Assembly: GCA_964525635.1 (NCBI GenBank)
Contig: CAZGJX010000030.1
Span: forward strand, 1-38,721
Length of the DNA stretch: 38,721 nt
Source: an uncultured archaeon
Lineage (GTDB): Archaea; Asgardarchaeota; Lokiarchaeia; Sigyniarchaeales; SOKP01
Direction of reading: 5' to 3'
Below, piece by piece: positions 1 through 9,170 of this stretch. Made by a program: the position numbers and the translations under genes. The notes beneath the pieces are model-generated. The model was not told the DNA's origin. It made no database searches and worked only from the letters and a program-made list of their open reading frames with translations. Within the stretch, counting starts at the first letter, position 1. The number at the start of each line of letters is the position of its first letter.

Positions 1-54
1 GATAGAGAAGAAATGATATGGAAAAAACTTAAAAATTTAATGCGTTATAAATAA
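1..54 (+). CDS. 3' end of a CDS entering from the left edge (DREEMIWKKLKNLMRYK*)
   Basis: Frame 1 is open from base 1 to TAA at 52-54 and is followed by a long T-run (about 68-78), typical of archaeal termination. Too short to assign a product. Confidence 0.45.
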   Translation, partial: DREEMIWKKLKNLMRYK

Positions 55-228
55 TAGAATATCAATGTTTTTTTTTTAATCCGAAAATATTTTTCAATCC
101 TATTTCCAATTATTATTTATTTTTGTAAAAGAGAATATTAAAAAAAATTTCATTATTTTTATTAAATTAAATAATCAATAAGATGGATTTCTGATTTTGT
201 TCAAGGATACTCAATTTTATCAAAGCTT

Positions 229-351
229 CTATTTTCCTTTATCGGAATCAAACTCAAAAAACTCTGTATATTTTTGACAGTTTGGGCAATAATATTTTCC
301 AATTTCAGTTTCATCTAAGGATAATCCGCATTCTTTACATATGAGTGTCAT
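229..351 (-). CDS. 40-aa zinc-ribbon microprotein (CxxC...CPxC), not in the ORF track
   Basis: Hand translation: MTLICKECGLSLDETEIGKYYCPNCQKYTEFFEFDSDKGK*. It has two Cys-x2-Cys knuckles (CKECG, CPNC), an ATG at 351 and a TAG at 229-231. Confidence 0.8.
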   Translation of the reverse strand: MTLICKECGLSLDETEIGKYYCPNCQKYTEFFEFDSDKGK

Positions 352-661
352 AAATGATACTAAGAAATTAATGTATTTTAATATTAACGAAAAATTTTAA
401 GATTGGATTGTTATGAAAAAAAATAAAATTCTTTATATTCTGATTTTTTTTGATAATTGTTAATTTTTTTTACAATTTTTGGTAATTTTATAAAGAACTA
501 AATCTTTTTTTTATAATAATGAAATATTTATATGATTCTTGGAAATATATTAATTCAAATCCCAGAATCCTCCTTTTATTCTACAATTTTTAATTTCATC
601 AAGCCAATGTTGGTTTCTTATGGAATTTAAGTTTTATTGTAATTTTTCATTTTTCATTTTC

Positions 662-1834
662 TTACTTTTTGGAAATTAATAATTTTACTTTTTCTTTTAA
701 TTCCTCCAAATTATAATTTTTTAATTTATCCTTACATCCCAACTCTTTTAATTTTTTAATAAGTATCTCTTTTTCATTAATTAGACTCTTTTCTTTGAAC
801 TCTAAAAAGCTTAAATGATCGGTTTTAGCTCTTTTTTTATTTAGTTCTTCTTCTGGAACCTTTGATAATAATTCTCTAACATCATTTATTTTATTGAATT
901 TTTCTTTCATTTCTTTCATAACTTGTATTTGTCCACTCAAGATTTTAGGATCTTTATCACTTCTTAATACTTTTAGAGCATTACCATCAGTTAATGAAAA
1001 TTTATCGTTATTTCTTGATGGTGATTGTTGATTAGGAGGAGGATTTAAATATGCTGGATATCCCATCATGTTTTGGGGTGCCTGAAGATAAATTGGAGCT
1101 GAAGGACCATTGCTGTTTTTTAAAGCGATTTTCCTAATAGTTGAATTCAGTCTTTTTACATCTCGTTCCAATTGTTTTACCTTTTCATATCCTTCACGAA
1201 CTATATGAAACGTTGTTTCCCAAGATTTATCTTCTTTTAATTCAAGCCATTTCTCAAATTCACTATAATTTAATGAAATCGTTATATTTTTTCTGGTAGA
1301 TTTTTGTAAACTGCCCTTTTTTCCAACGATTTCTGTTTTTATATTCTTCGTTTTCACAATTTTTTGTTTTTGGGATTTTTGAGGATTAATTCTATTTAGA
1401 CTTCTTTTTTTTAAGGAATATTTTGTTTTTGTTTCAAATATAAGTTCTTCTTCAGTAATTTCAATAAGTTCCCCATCATTATAAGAAATTTCAGATAATT
1501 GGAAGGTTTTATTTAAAAATATATCTTCTCTATCACCAGAATAGTAAAAAATAGTTAATCGAATGACATTTATCTGTAATTTATTTAAATCAGAAAGACC
1601 TCCTAATTGAATTGAAAAAGAAATAATATCTGCCGAAAAATAAATATTTTTTATAGAAATTAAAAAAGGTTCTTGTATTATGTAAGGAGCTCTTTCTTCT
1701 TTTTTGGACAATTCATATTTTATATTAATACTCTTAACATTTTCTTGGATTAATTTTTGTTTTTCTTCGTCAATCTTTTTGAATTTAAAGATTAACCTAT
1801 TTTGATCCTCCCAAAACAATTGTAAGAGTTCCAT
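662..1834 (-). CDS. Hypothetical protein: N-terminal beta-rich region, basic linker, coiled coil, Pro-rich segment and helical C-terminus
   Basis: 390-aa ORF with a coiled-coil-like stretch (YEKVKQLERDVKRLNSTIRKI) followed by GPSAP...NPPPNQQSP. No family recognised with certainty. Confidence 0.8.
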   Translation of the reverse strand: MELLQLFWEDQNRLIFKFKKIDEEKQKLIQENVKSINIKYELSKKEERAPYIIQEPFLISIKNIYFSADIISFSIQLGGLSDLNKLQINVIRLTIFYYSGDREDIFLNKTFQLSEISYNDGELIEITEEELIFETKTKYSLKKRSLNRINPQKSQKQKIVKTKNIKTEIVGKKGSLQKSTRKNITISLNYSEFEKWLELKEDKSWETTFHIVREGYEKVKQLERDVKRLNSTIRKIALKNSNGPSAPIYLQAPQNMMGYPAYLNPPPNQQSPSRNNDKFSLTDGNALKVLRSDKDPKILSGQIQVMKEMKEKFNKINDVRELLSKVPEEELNKKRAKTDHLSFLEFKEKSLINEKEILIKKLKELGCKDKLKNYNLEELKEKVKLLISKK

Positions 1835-2093
1835 ATTATATTTAAATCCTATTTCTCCTGGATTTTACTAAAAAAAAATACTCTTAATTCTATATTTACA
1901 TTAAAGAATTTAAAATCCAATAGGGTACTAATTTTTTAATTTAAAAAACATAAGTTAGAACGCTCAAATATTGAATTAATAATATTAATCAAAAATCGAA
2001 GACAAAACAAGAATTCATCATTATAATTTTTAATTATTTGAATTTATTTAGACTAAAAATAAAAAAAAAAGAAAATAATTTTATATTTATAAA

Positions 2094-3074
2094 TTATATT
2101 AAATGACTCCAATCATAAGGTAATTCCAATTTGAATTCTAGAAACATACCTCCATACCAACAGCTAAAGTCTACAATTATATTAAGTTTAACATTTGTTT
2201 GTAACATTCCAAGTATATAAGGAGTATCTATTAGAATAGTAATATTTAGGGTGCTAGACTTTGAAAAGCTAGGAATATTTCCTAGTGAGGAATTTAAAAT
2301 ACCTCCAACTTTTGTATTTGCAATTAAAGCAGGAGGACTACTATTATTTAATGTCCAGATTTCAACATCTAGATTTATATCTCTTATAGCGTAAATACCA
2401 CCATTATCCATACTAAATAATATTGAGATACCTATATTATCATCACCATAAACACCTGGAGTTCCATTTTGATCCCAATAAAAACCAGCACTGGGATTTA
2501 AATTAGGTCTAAGTTGAGATCCACTAGCTAATAAACTAATTATATAAGCTAATAGGACTAAACTTGTGAGGGAACTAAATCCTTTGAAAACTCTGAACCA
2601 TTTAAATTTACCTTTGCGAGGTTCGCCAGCTTTATTTTGTTTATGAATTTCATATGCTTCAAATAAATATCTCAGACCATTAAAACAAGCATTTGCTAAA
2701 CATAAGTATGCAATTATTTTAACTCCTATTAATATGGTAATATCAATTGGATCTATAGATTTAGTTATACTAAAATTTCCTAAATCTACTCCTGGGTTAA
2801 ATCCACCAAAGAAATAGAAAAGAAAAATCCCTGAATATACTGTTATTAGGAACATTAATAAGCTATTAGCAACAGTATCTTTAGGATAAGCCACCTTGAG
2901 CATTGATATAACTATTCCAGCAATAGCAAAAGGAATCATCATATAAATGAAATCCATATTTAAAGCAAGTATACCATAATAATCAAGAGCAAATAAGACG
3001 CCATATGGTATGCCCAAATAGAAAATTGCAACTATGATTCCGTGAAGAATCATTTTACCAATTCGAATTTTCAT
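2094..3074 (-). CDS. Membrane protein with about 5 TM helices and a C-terminal extracellular beta-sandwich-like domain; paralog of 3237..4208
   Basis: Hydrophobic helices occupy aa 1-185. Motifs shared with the neighbour: MILHGII, YPKxT, YSGxxLFYFFGGF, LGNF, GVKIIA, NxGxYAI, NTKVG. Confidence 0.85.
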   Translation of the reverse strand: MKIRIGKMILHGIIVAIFYLGIPYGVLFALDYYGILALNMDFIYMMIPFAIAGIVISMLKVAYPKDTVANSLLMFLITVYSGIFLFYFFGGFNPGVDLGNFSITKSIDPIDITILIGVKIIAYLCLANACFNGLRYLFEAYEIHKQNKAGEPRKGKFKWFRVFKGFSSLTSLVLLAYIISLLASGSQLRPNLNPSAGFYWDQNGTPGVYGDDNIGISILFSMDNGGIYAIRDINLDVEIWTLNNSSPPALIANTKVGGILNSSLGNIPSFSKSSTLNITILIDTPYILGMLQTNVKLNIIVDFSCWYGGMFLEFKLELPYDWSHLI

Positions 3075-3236
3075 TTTGATAACATTTTTTATAATTAAGT
3101 TTATAATATTAGATAGAGATTTTTAATTAAAATCTATGTTTTATAATTTTTATTTCTTGAAATTAATGGGAAATCAGAATTATAATATAATTATAATCAT
3201 AAATAAGGAAATAAGTAGAAATATACTAAAAAATGA

Positions 3237-4208
3237 TCAAATCAAAGAATTCCATTCTGTTTGATAACAGAAAGTAAAATCAATATATATCCCCCCGAAA
3301 GTTCCACTAAAAATTATTTTTAATTGAAGAACTGCATCAGTAAGAACTAATCCAGGAACGTAGAGTGTATCAATCATTATAATCATTTGTTGATTAATTA
3401 TCTCAGAAAATGCGGGAAATTCATTGTAATGTATCTGAGATGTTTCTCCAACTTTTGTATTTTCAGGTAAAATTAAAGAATTATCCGTTGAAAGTGTACA
3501 TATCTCGAGTTTTAATTTGACATTCTTAATAGCATATACTCCTCTATTATTGAAATCGAAATGTATAGTAATATTCAATTTGTCATCATAAGCATCAAAG
3601 TATGTGCCATTATTGTTATAATCTAAATCATTAATTGGATCAATATCATATAATTTAGGTAAAATAAGAGATCCACTAATAATAAGGCTAAATATATAAA
3701 AAATAAGAATTAAATTAGCAAAAATTGAGCCAATTCTAAGATATTTACTTACTTTTTTTTTTTTTATCTCGATTCTAGTATTCTTTTTATAGAGTTGGAT
3801 GATTTTAATTAAATATTGAGAACTTTTAAAAAAAGTACCTAATAACAATAACCATGCAATTATTTTAACACCAAGAAGAATATTTGCTTGTTCTGTTTCA
3901 ATATGAAAGTTTCCTAATTCAAAACCCAGTTCAAATCCTCCAAAAAAATAAAAAAGATATAATCCTGAATATATTGCTATTATAAATCTAATTTGGTTAT
4001 TTCTTAGAGTATTTTTAGGATAAGAATATTTAATCATATTTATTCCAGTCCCTATACTTCCCATAATGACGAGAGTAATAATAAAATCAACGCTAAATGA
4101 AATAATATTGAATAAGTACAATCCATATAACATTATTATTGGGAAAATGATATAAAAAAAAGCATGTATAATTCCATGGAGAATCATACTGTGACTTTGA
4201 ATAACCAA
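3237..4208 (-). CDS. Membrane protein with about 5 TM helices and a C-terminal beta-rich domain; tandem paralog of 2094..3074
   Basis: Colinear motif matches with the adjacent gene over the whole length. Start uncertain (TTG at 4208 or the ATG of MILHG). Confidence 0.85.
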   Translation of the reverse strand: MVIQSHSMILHGIIHAFFYIIFPIIMLYGLYLFNIISFSVDFIITLVIMGSIGTGINMIKYSYPKNTLRNNQIRFIIAIYSGLYLFYFFGGFELGFELGNFHIETEQANILLGVKIIAWLLLLGTFFKSSQYLIKIIQLYKKNTRIEIKKKKVSKYLRIGSIFANLILIFYIFSLIISGSLILPKLYDIDPINDLDYNNNGTYFDAYDDKLNITIHFDFNNRGVYAIKNVKLKLEICTLSTDNSLILPENTKVGETSQIHYNEFPAFSEIINQQMIIMIDTLYVPGLVLTDAVLQLKIIFSGTFGGIYIDFTFCYQTEWNSLI

Positions 4209-4337
4209 TTTAAATTGTTTCTTATTATAGGGAGTATTTTTAAATTATTTATAAAAATATTCTCAATATTTAAAGTTTTGAGGTATAAATTTCCCCATAT
4301 TAAAAACATGAATATAAGCTAAAATAACTAAAAAATA

Positions 4338-4820
4338 TCATAATTCTAAATTAAAGAATTCAATAGCATTTTCCATGGTTTTCTCACTTACTGTCTTTTG
4401 AGAAACATTATATGAATATGCAATGGCTGTAGTAGAATATCTTACTTTTAATGGAACATTAAAAGGATCTCTTTTATAAGGATGTTGATAATAACTATCT
4501 ATTTCCGTTATTAATGATTCCAATGGTGCTTCATTTGTTATCTCTCTCCATCGCTTAAATCCATATGCCGAACTAGGCACGGATAATAGAAAGCCTTTTT
4601 CAGAGAGAATACGGCTACAATTTTTAGGACCAGAAAAACAATGAAACAATACGTTTCTTAGATCTATTTTAAAATCATTTATCATTCTAATTATTTCTTT
4701 TGTTGCACGATCATCTTGAATATATCGATGGTTGGGATTATTTTTATCAAGATCTTGATTTGAAGGATTTCTAATATGAAGAACATAAGGTTTATTTAAA
4801 TCTCTTGTTAATTTAAAAAT
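4338..4820 (-). pseudogene. 5'-truncated duplicate of the tatD-family gene (C-terminal about 160 codons only)
   Basis: Ungapped DNA match to 9174-9652 at a constant offset of 4830. The frame begins IFKLTRDLNKPYVLHIRN directly after an in-frame TAA (4821-4823). It lacks the N-terminal DxHxH and GEIGLD motifs, and ETD has become EID. Confidence 0.85.
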
Positions 4821-4822
4821 TT
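4344..4822. repeat. Direct repeat copy 1 (about 480 bp, tatD 3' half)
   Basis: For example, 4741-4800 and 9571-9630 differ at 3 of 60 positions (hand count). Confidence 0.95.
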
Positions 4823-4945
4823 ATCTTTCCCCCTCTTTTTTTACCTCCATACCATTTCAGCCTTATATTTTAAATTCTAATAATATAAATAAAGATTTTA
4901 ACTTATTAATGAATTAATCAATTACAAGGATATCTATAATTAATC

Positions 4946-7396
4946 TTAATCATAAGTTGTTCTTAGATGTAAAATCTTGATTCTTAAATCATCAATATCG
5001 ATTTTTATTTTTTTTTCAGTTCTAAAAGTAATTAATTTTTCTTGATTAGCTATCATAGTAAAACAATTCTCCTTAAAATGACCTTCTAAATTTTCTATTA
5101 ATAAGTAAATAAAAAACGCAGGTTTATTTGAATATAATTTTATCAATAAGTTGTAATTATCAATCCTAATAATATTTATATTGAACTCTGGCACTTCTAA
5201 ATTACAAAATTTAGGTCTTGTTAGTAAAAAACTATTAAATAGTTCTTCTCCAGCATTATTATAGGTTAAAAATATAAAATGAGTTGATTTATCAAATTCT
5301 AATGAGTCAAATGTTCGTTTAAAAAGTTTAATAGAGGTTTCTGGATGCAGAATTACATCTAAATCATCTTCTTTTATAATCTCTCCAGAGAATTTTATAT
5401 ATTTTATATTTAAAACTCCAGAACTTTGTTTAAATGTATCATTTATCCCCCAGATTTCAATATTTTTATTATCTTTAGAATATACTACAATATGAATTGG
5501 ACGAAAACATCTTTTTACAGTATAATGTAGTAATTTCCAATTTCCTGTGTACTCTATTGAAGACCAAGAACTTACTGGCCAATTATCATTAAGCTGCCAA
5601 TAAATAATACCCATACATCTAGGTCTCTGACTTCTCCAATATTCTATTGCTATTTTTAATCCATAAGCTTGTTGTATTTGACTTAGATACAATATTGCTT
5701 CAAAAGATTTAGGATTTCTAAAATAATTACTAATTGATTTAGAAATTATTTTGTTTCCTCTTTTATTCTTCTGGTGATGCTCCATATCTTTCGATTCTAA
5801 ATCTATTTGATTAACCTCCATAAATGTTTTTACTGTAGATAAAGAAGGATATGATTGATATCCAAATTCAGAACAAAAACGAGGGATAACCTCGTAATAT
5901 GCTTCAAAAGGTTTTTCTTCATGCCATACACTCCAATAATGCATATCACCCTTTCTATCATTGTGCCAATTATCAGTAAAATCATTCTCACCACCACATG
6001 GAGAACTAGGCCACCATATTCTTTTTGGATCTATTTTTTTAACTATATTTCCAATAAAATGATTTAATTTAAGATAATTTTTAACATAGATATCTCGTTT
6101 TTCTCTTGTAATTTCAAACTCTGTAAGCGCTCCAACATTTTCATTATCACCACACCATATCACAATTGAAGGATGATCTTTTAATCGTTTAATTTGGTGA
6201 ATTATTTCTTTTTCTACGTTATTCATAAATTCTTTTGTTGCAGGATATATTGCACAAGCGAACATAAAATCTTGCCAGACCAGAATTCCCCTTTCATCAC
6301 ATAATTGATAAAAATAATCACTTTCATATTGTCCACCTCCCCAAATTCTAATTATATTCATATTTGCTTCTATTACATCATCCAATAATAATTCATATCG
6401 TTCTGGGGTCTGAAGAGAAGGTAAAGCGTCAATAGGAATCCAATTCGCGCCTTTACAAAATATCTTTTTATTATTAATCTCAATAATAAAACTCATTCCT
6501 ATTTGATCTTCTTCATTTATTAATCTCAATTTTCTGAGACCAATTTTCTTTGAAATAATATCATCGAGAGTTTTAACTGTTAATTCATAGAGATTTTGTT
6601 CACCATATCCAAATGGCCACCATAATTTAGGATTTTCTATTATAATCTTTTCTCTAAATTTATTTAGACCTTTGGGTAACTTCTTCTCAATTATTCTTTT
6701 TTCATTTCCAAGATAAATTTCAATAATCTCTGAGATTATGCAAGGTGTATATAATTCAATATCTATTGTAATCTCACAAATGTCTTCATTATGTTCTTGA
6801 GATGTATGAATATATTCTATACGAGCATTATTATGTGCACCAATATAAATATCTCCATAGATCCCACTTACCATTAAACATGGTCCCCAATCCCATCCTG
6901 AATGACATTGGACTTTTCTAATTAAATTTCTGTGCATAGATTGAGTTGGATACATCGTATGTGGTAGTGGTATTGATAGATTTTTACTAAGTTCTAAAGC
7001 TTTATTTTCTACTGAAGTAAAATCAATACTTATTTCATTTTTTCCTTTAATAAGATATTTAGAAATATTTGCTCGAATTCTATTAAACATATTTTTAGAA
7101 CTATGAACTAAACATCTATTTATTTTAATATCCGCTATTGTATCTAAAGAATCTATATGAAGAAAAAGCTCTTTATCAGCAAGTAATTCTTTTGAAACAA
7201 TAAATGAACGATAACAGCTCCAATCTTTTTTACCAACCCATAAAATATCTAATTCATTAGTTCCTATATAAGGGTGTGGTATTTTTTTTGCTTCAATCAA
7301 CGCAGAGAATATATCTCCAGGGATATTAAATGGGATTGTTTCTTTTCTTTCATTTATATATAAATTCCAAGAACCGCTTAAATCAATTATCCTCAA
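4946..7396 (-). CDS. Beta-mannosidase, glycoside hydrolase family 2
   Basis: GH2 mannosidase motifs: RKVQCHSGWDWGP, KGANWIP, RIWGGGQYE, WQDFMFAC, WCGDNEN (acid/base Glu), SEFGYQS (nucleophile Glu), YWQLNDNWPVSSWSSIEY. No signal peptide. TTG start with an AGAGGA purine stretch upstream. Confidence 0.95.
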   Translation of the reverse strand: MRIIDLSGSWNLYINERKETIPFNIPGDIFSALIEAKKIPHPYIGTNELDILWVGKKDWSCYRSFIVSKELLADKELFLHIDSLDTIADIKINRCLVHSSKNMFNRIRANISKYLIKGKNEISIDFTSVENKALELSKNLSIPLPHTMYPTQSMHRNLIRKVQCHSGWDWGPCLMVSGIYGDIYIGAHNNARIEYIHTSQEHNEDICEITIDIELYTPCIISEIIEIYLGNEKRIIEKKLPKGLNKFREKIIIENPKLWWPFGYGEQNLYELTVKTLDDIISKKIGLRKLRLINEEDQIGMSFIIEINNKKIFCKGANWIPIDALPSLQTPERYELLLDDVIEANMNIIRIWGGGQYESDYFYQLCDERGILVWQDFMFACAIYPATKEFMNNVEKEIIHQIKRLKDHPSIVIWCGDNENVGALTEFEITREKRDIYVKNYLKLNHFIGNIVKKIDPKRIWWPSSPCGGENDFTDNWHNDRKGDMHYWSVWHEEKPFEAYYEVIPRFCSEFGYQSYPSLSTVKTFMEVNQIDLESKDMEHHQKNKRGNKIISKSISNYFRNPKSFEAILYLSQIQQAYGLKIAIEYWRSQRPRCMGIIYWQLNDNWPVSSWSSIEYTGNWKLLHYTVKRCFRPIHIVVYSKDNKNIEIWGINDTFKQSSGVLNIKYIKFSGEIIKEDDLDVILHPETSIKLFKRTFDSLEFDKSTHFIFLTYNNAGEELFNSFLLTRPKFCNLEVPEFNINIIRIDNYNLLIKLYSNKPAFFIYLLIENLEGHFKENCFTMIANQEKLITFRTEKKIKIDIDDLRIKILHLRTTYD

Positions 7397-7417
7397 ATTA
7401 AATTTCCTCTAATATAT

Positions 7418-7438
7418 CTTGAATATTAAATATTCAAG
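7418..7438. promoter_or_regulatory. Candidate operator palindrome upstream of the beta-mannosidase
   Basis: CTTGAATATT-A-AATATTCAAG: perfect 10-bp arms with a 1-nt spacer, about 22 bp upstream of the start codon. AT-rich, so it could be chance. Confidence 0.3.
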
Positions 7439-7676
7439 TAATTATGATAAGAATAATAAAATGAAATTTTATAAACTATATCCATAAATTTAATTTACTG
7501 ATAAACAAAGAAAAAAAATTTTTTATCAATGTTGATGTGAATGAAGTAAATAATACTATGAAAAAAGCATTCCCAAAAACAGTTTCTGGAAATGGGATAA
7601 AAATATTCGAACTAATACTACAAATAATTAGATAAATCATTGTTGATATTATTATTTGAAATAAACTAAGTATTAA

Positions 7677-8717
7677 TTAAGTTATTTTAATAATATTATC
7701 ATTTGCTTTCATCATTATAATTTTTTCATAAATTTTAATGTAATCCTTAACCATTCTATCTACATTAAATCTTTTTTCAACCCAATTACGACAATCTAAG
7801 CGATTAATTAATTTAATTGATTTTAAAACTTTAATAGCCTCTTTTTTATTATCAACTAAAAAGCCTGTTTTGCCATTGTTAATTACTTCTGGCATACTAC
7901 CCTTATTAAATGCTACTACAGGAGTTCCACAAGCCATAGCTTCAATAACTGATAGACCAAAAGGCTCATTAAAATTTATAGGATGAATTAAAGCATAAGC
8001 TCCTCCTAGATATTTATTTCTTATTTTAGGATTCACAACTCCTATATAATTAACATTTTTTTTATCAAGATGAGGTTTTATGTAATTATTGAAATATTTT
8101 TTATCTTGTATAATCCCTGCCATAATTAATTTCATCCCAAAATTATTAGCTATTTCAATTGCTTCTTTAGCACCTTTATCATGATGAATACGCCCTAAAA
8201 AAATAAGATAATCTCCATGTTCTGGACAAAATGAAAATTGATTTAAATCAATACCATGATATACTGTTCCAATATAATTTAACTCTGGAGCTCTATCAGC
8301 ATTACTTATTGAGACATAAAAACATTGTTTATTATATTTCTGATAGACTGGTAAAATTTTTGGAGTAGAAAAACCATGAATTGTGGTTAAAATAGGAGTT
8401 GATGTCATTTTCGAATATGTTAATGGTAAAAAATCAAAATGATTATGAATTATATCATAATTGCCAGCTTTCTCAAATAATTCTGAAATATGTAAACATT
8501 CCCACACTTTGGGTAATAATTCTTTATTTTCCTCATAACCTTCGGGACAAACTCCCACTAAATTTCCTTTAGTTAAAGAGTTTTTTGTTGCAAATAAAGT
8601 GACCTCAATTCCTTTATCAACTAATCCCTCAGTCAATAAAGAAACGACCAATTCCCAAGGACCATAGTTCTTAGGAGGAGTTCGCCACGCAATAGGTGCA
8701 AGCATTGCTATATGCAT
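7677..8717 (-). CDS. Glycosyltransferase family 4 (GT-B fold)
   Basis: Motifs: IAMLAP..PPxxYGxxE N-terminus, TTIHG, VYHGID, FLGRIHHDKG, EPFGLSVIEAMACGTPVVAF..GSMPEVI..GKTGFLV. ATG at 8717 preferred over the track's TTG at 8726. Confidence 0.95.
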   Translation of the reverse strand: MHIAMLAPIAWRTPPKNYGPWELVVSLLTEGLVDKGIEVTLFATKNSLTKGNLVGVCPEGYEENKELLPKVWECLHISELFEKAGNYDIIHNHFDFLPLTYSKMTSTPILTTIHGFSTPKILPVYQKYNKQCFYVSISNADRAPELNYIGTVYHGIDLNQFSFCPEHGDYLIFLGRIHHDKGAKEAIEIANNFGMKLIMAGIIQDKKYFNNYIKPHLDKKNVNYIGVVNPKIRNKYLGGAYALIHPINFNEPFGLSVIEAMACGTPVVAFNKGSMPEVINNGKTGFLVDNKKEAIKVLKSIKLINRLDCRNWVEKRFNVDRMVKDYIKIYEKIIMMKANDNIIKIT

Positions 8718-9170
8718 AAATTTCAACTCTTTAATGAATTATGTTTTTTATCAATTCAAATAATTTAGAAAGATAAAATATTGCAAAATCTATAGAATTC
8801 TTGGGACTTCAAAATCATATCCAAATTCAGGACATAACATATATAAAATCCTATTTTTTTCCAATGACCCTTTCTTATTATTCTTTGTTTAATTTTATAT
8901 TCAAATTTCTCACAATACATCTGCAAATATTTTTCCTCTTTATCTATTCATTAACCATACTTTTAAATAATGCTTGAATTACTTAAAACAATTTCTAAAA
9001 ATCAAAAAATCTTTAAACATATTCTTCATTGACATATTAAGTTTTATTATATTCTTTTTTTTGGGTAAATACAAAATTCAGTAATGTATAAAATCTAATT
9101 CCAAGCAATATTTTGATTAAAAATGATAAAGTATCTTTAAGGATTAATTTATAATTTTAAAATCAAAAGA

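Noticed and set aside
5855-6067. 70-aa plus-strand ORF
   Set aside because: Antisense shadow inside the beta-mannosidase gene, with no motif.
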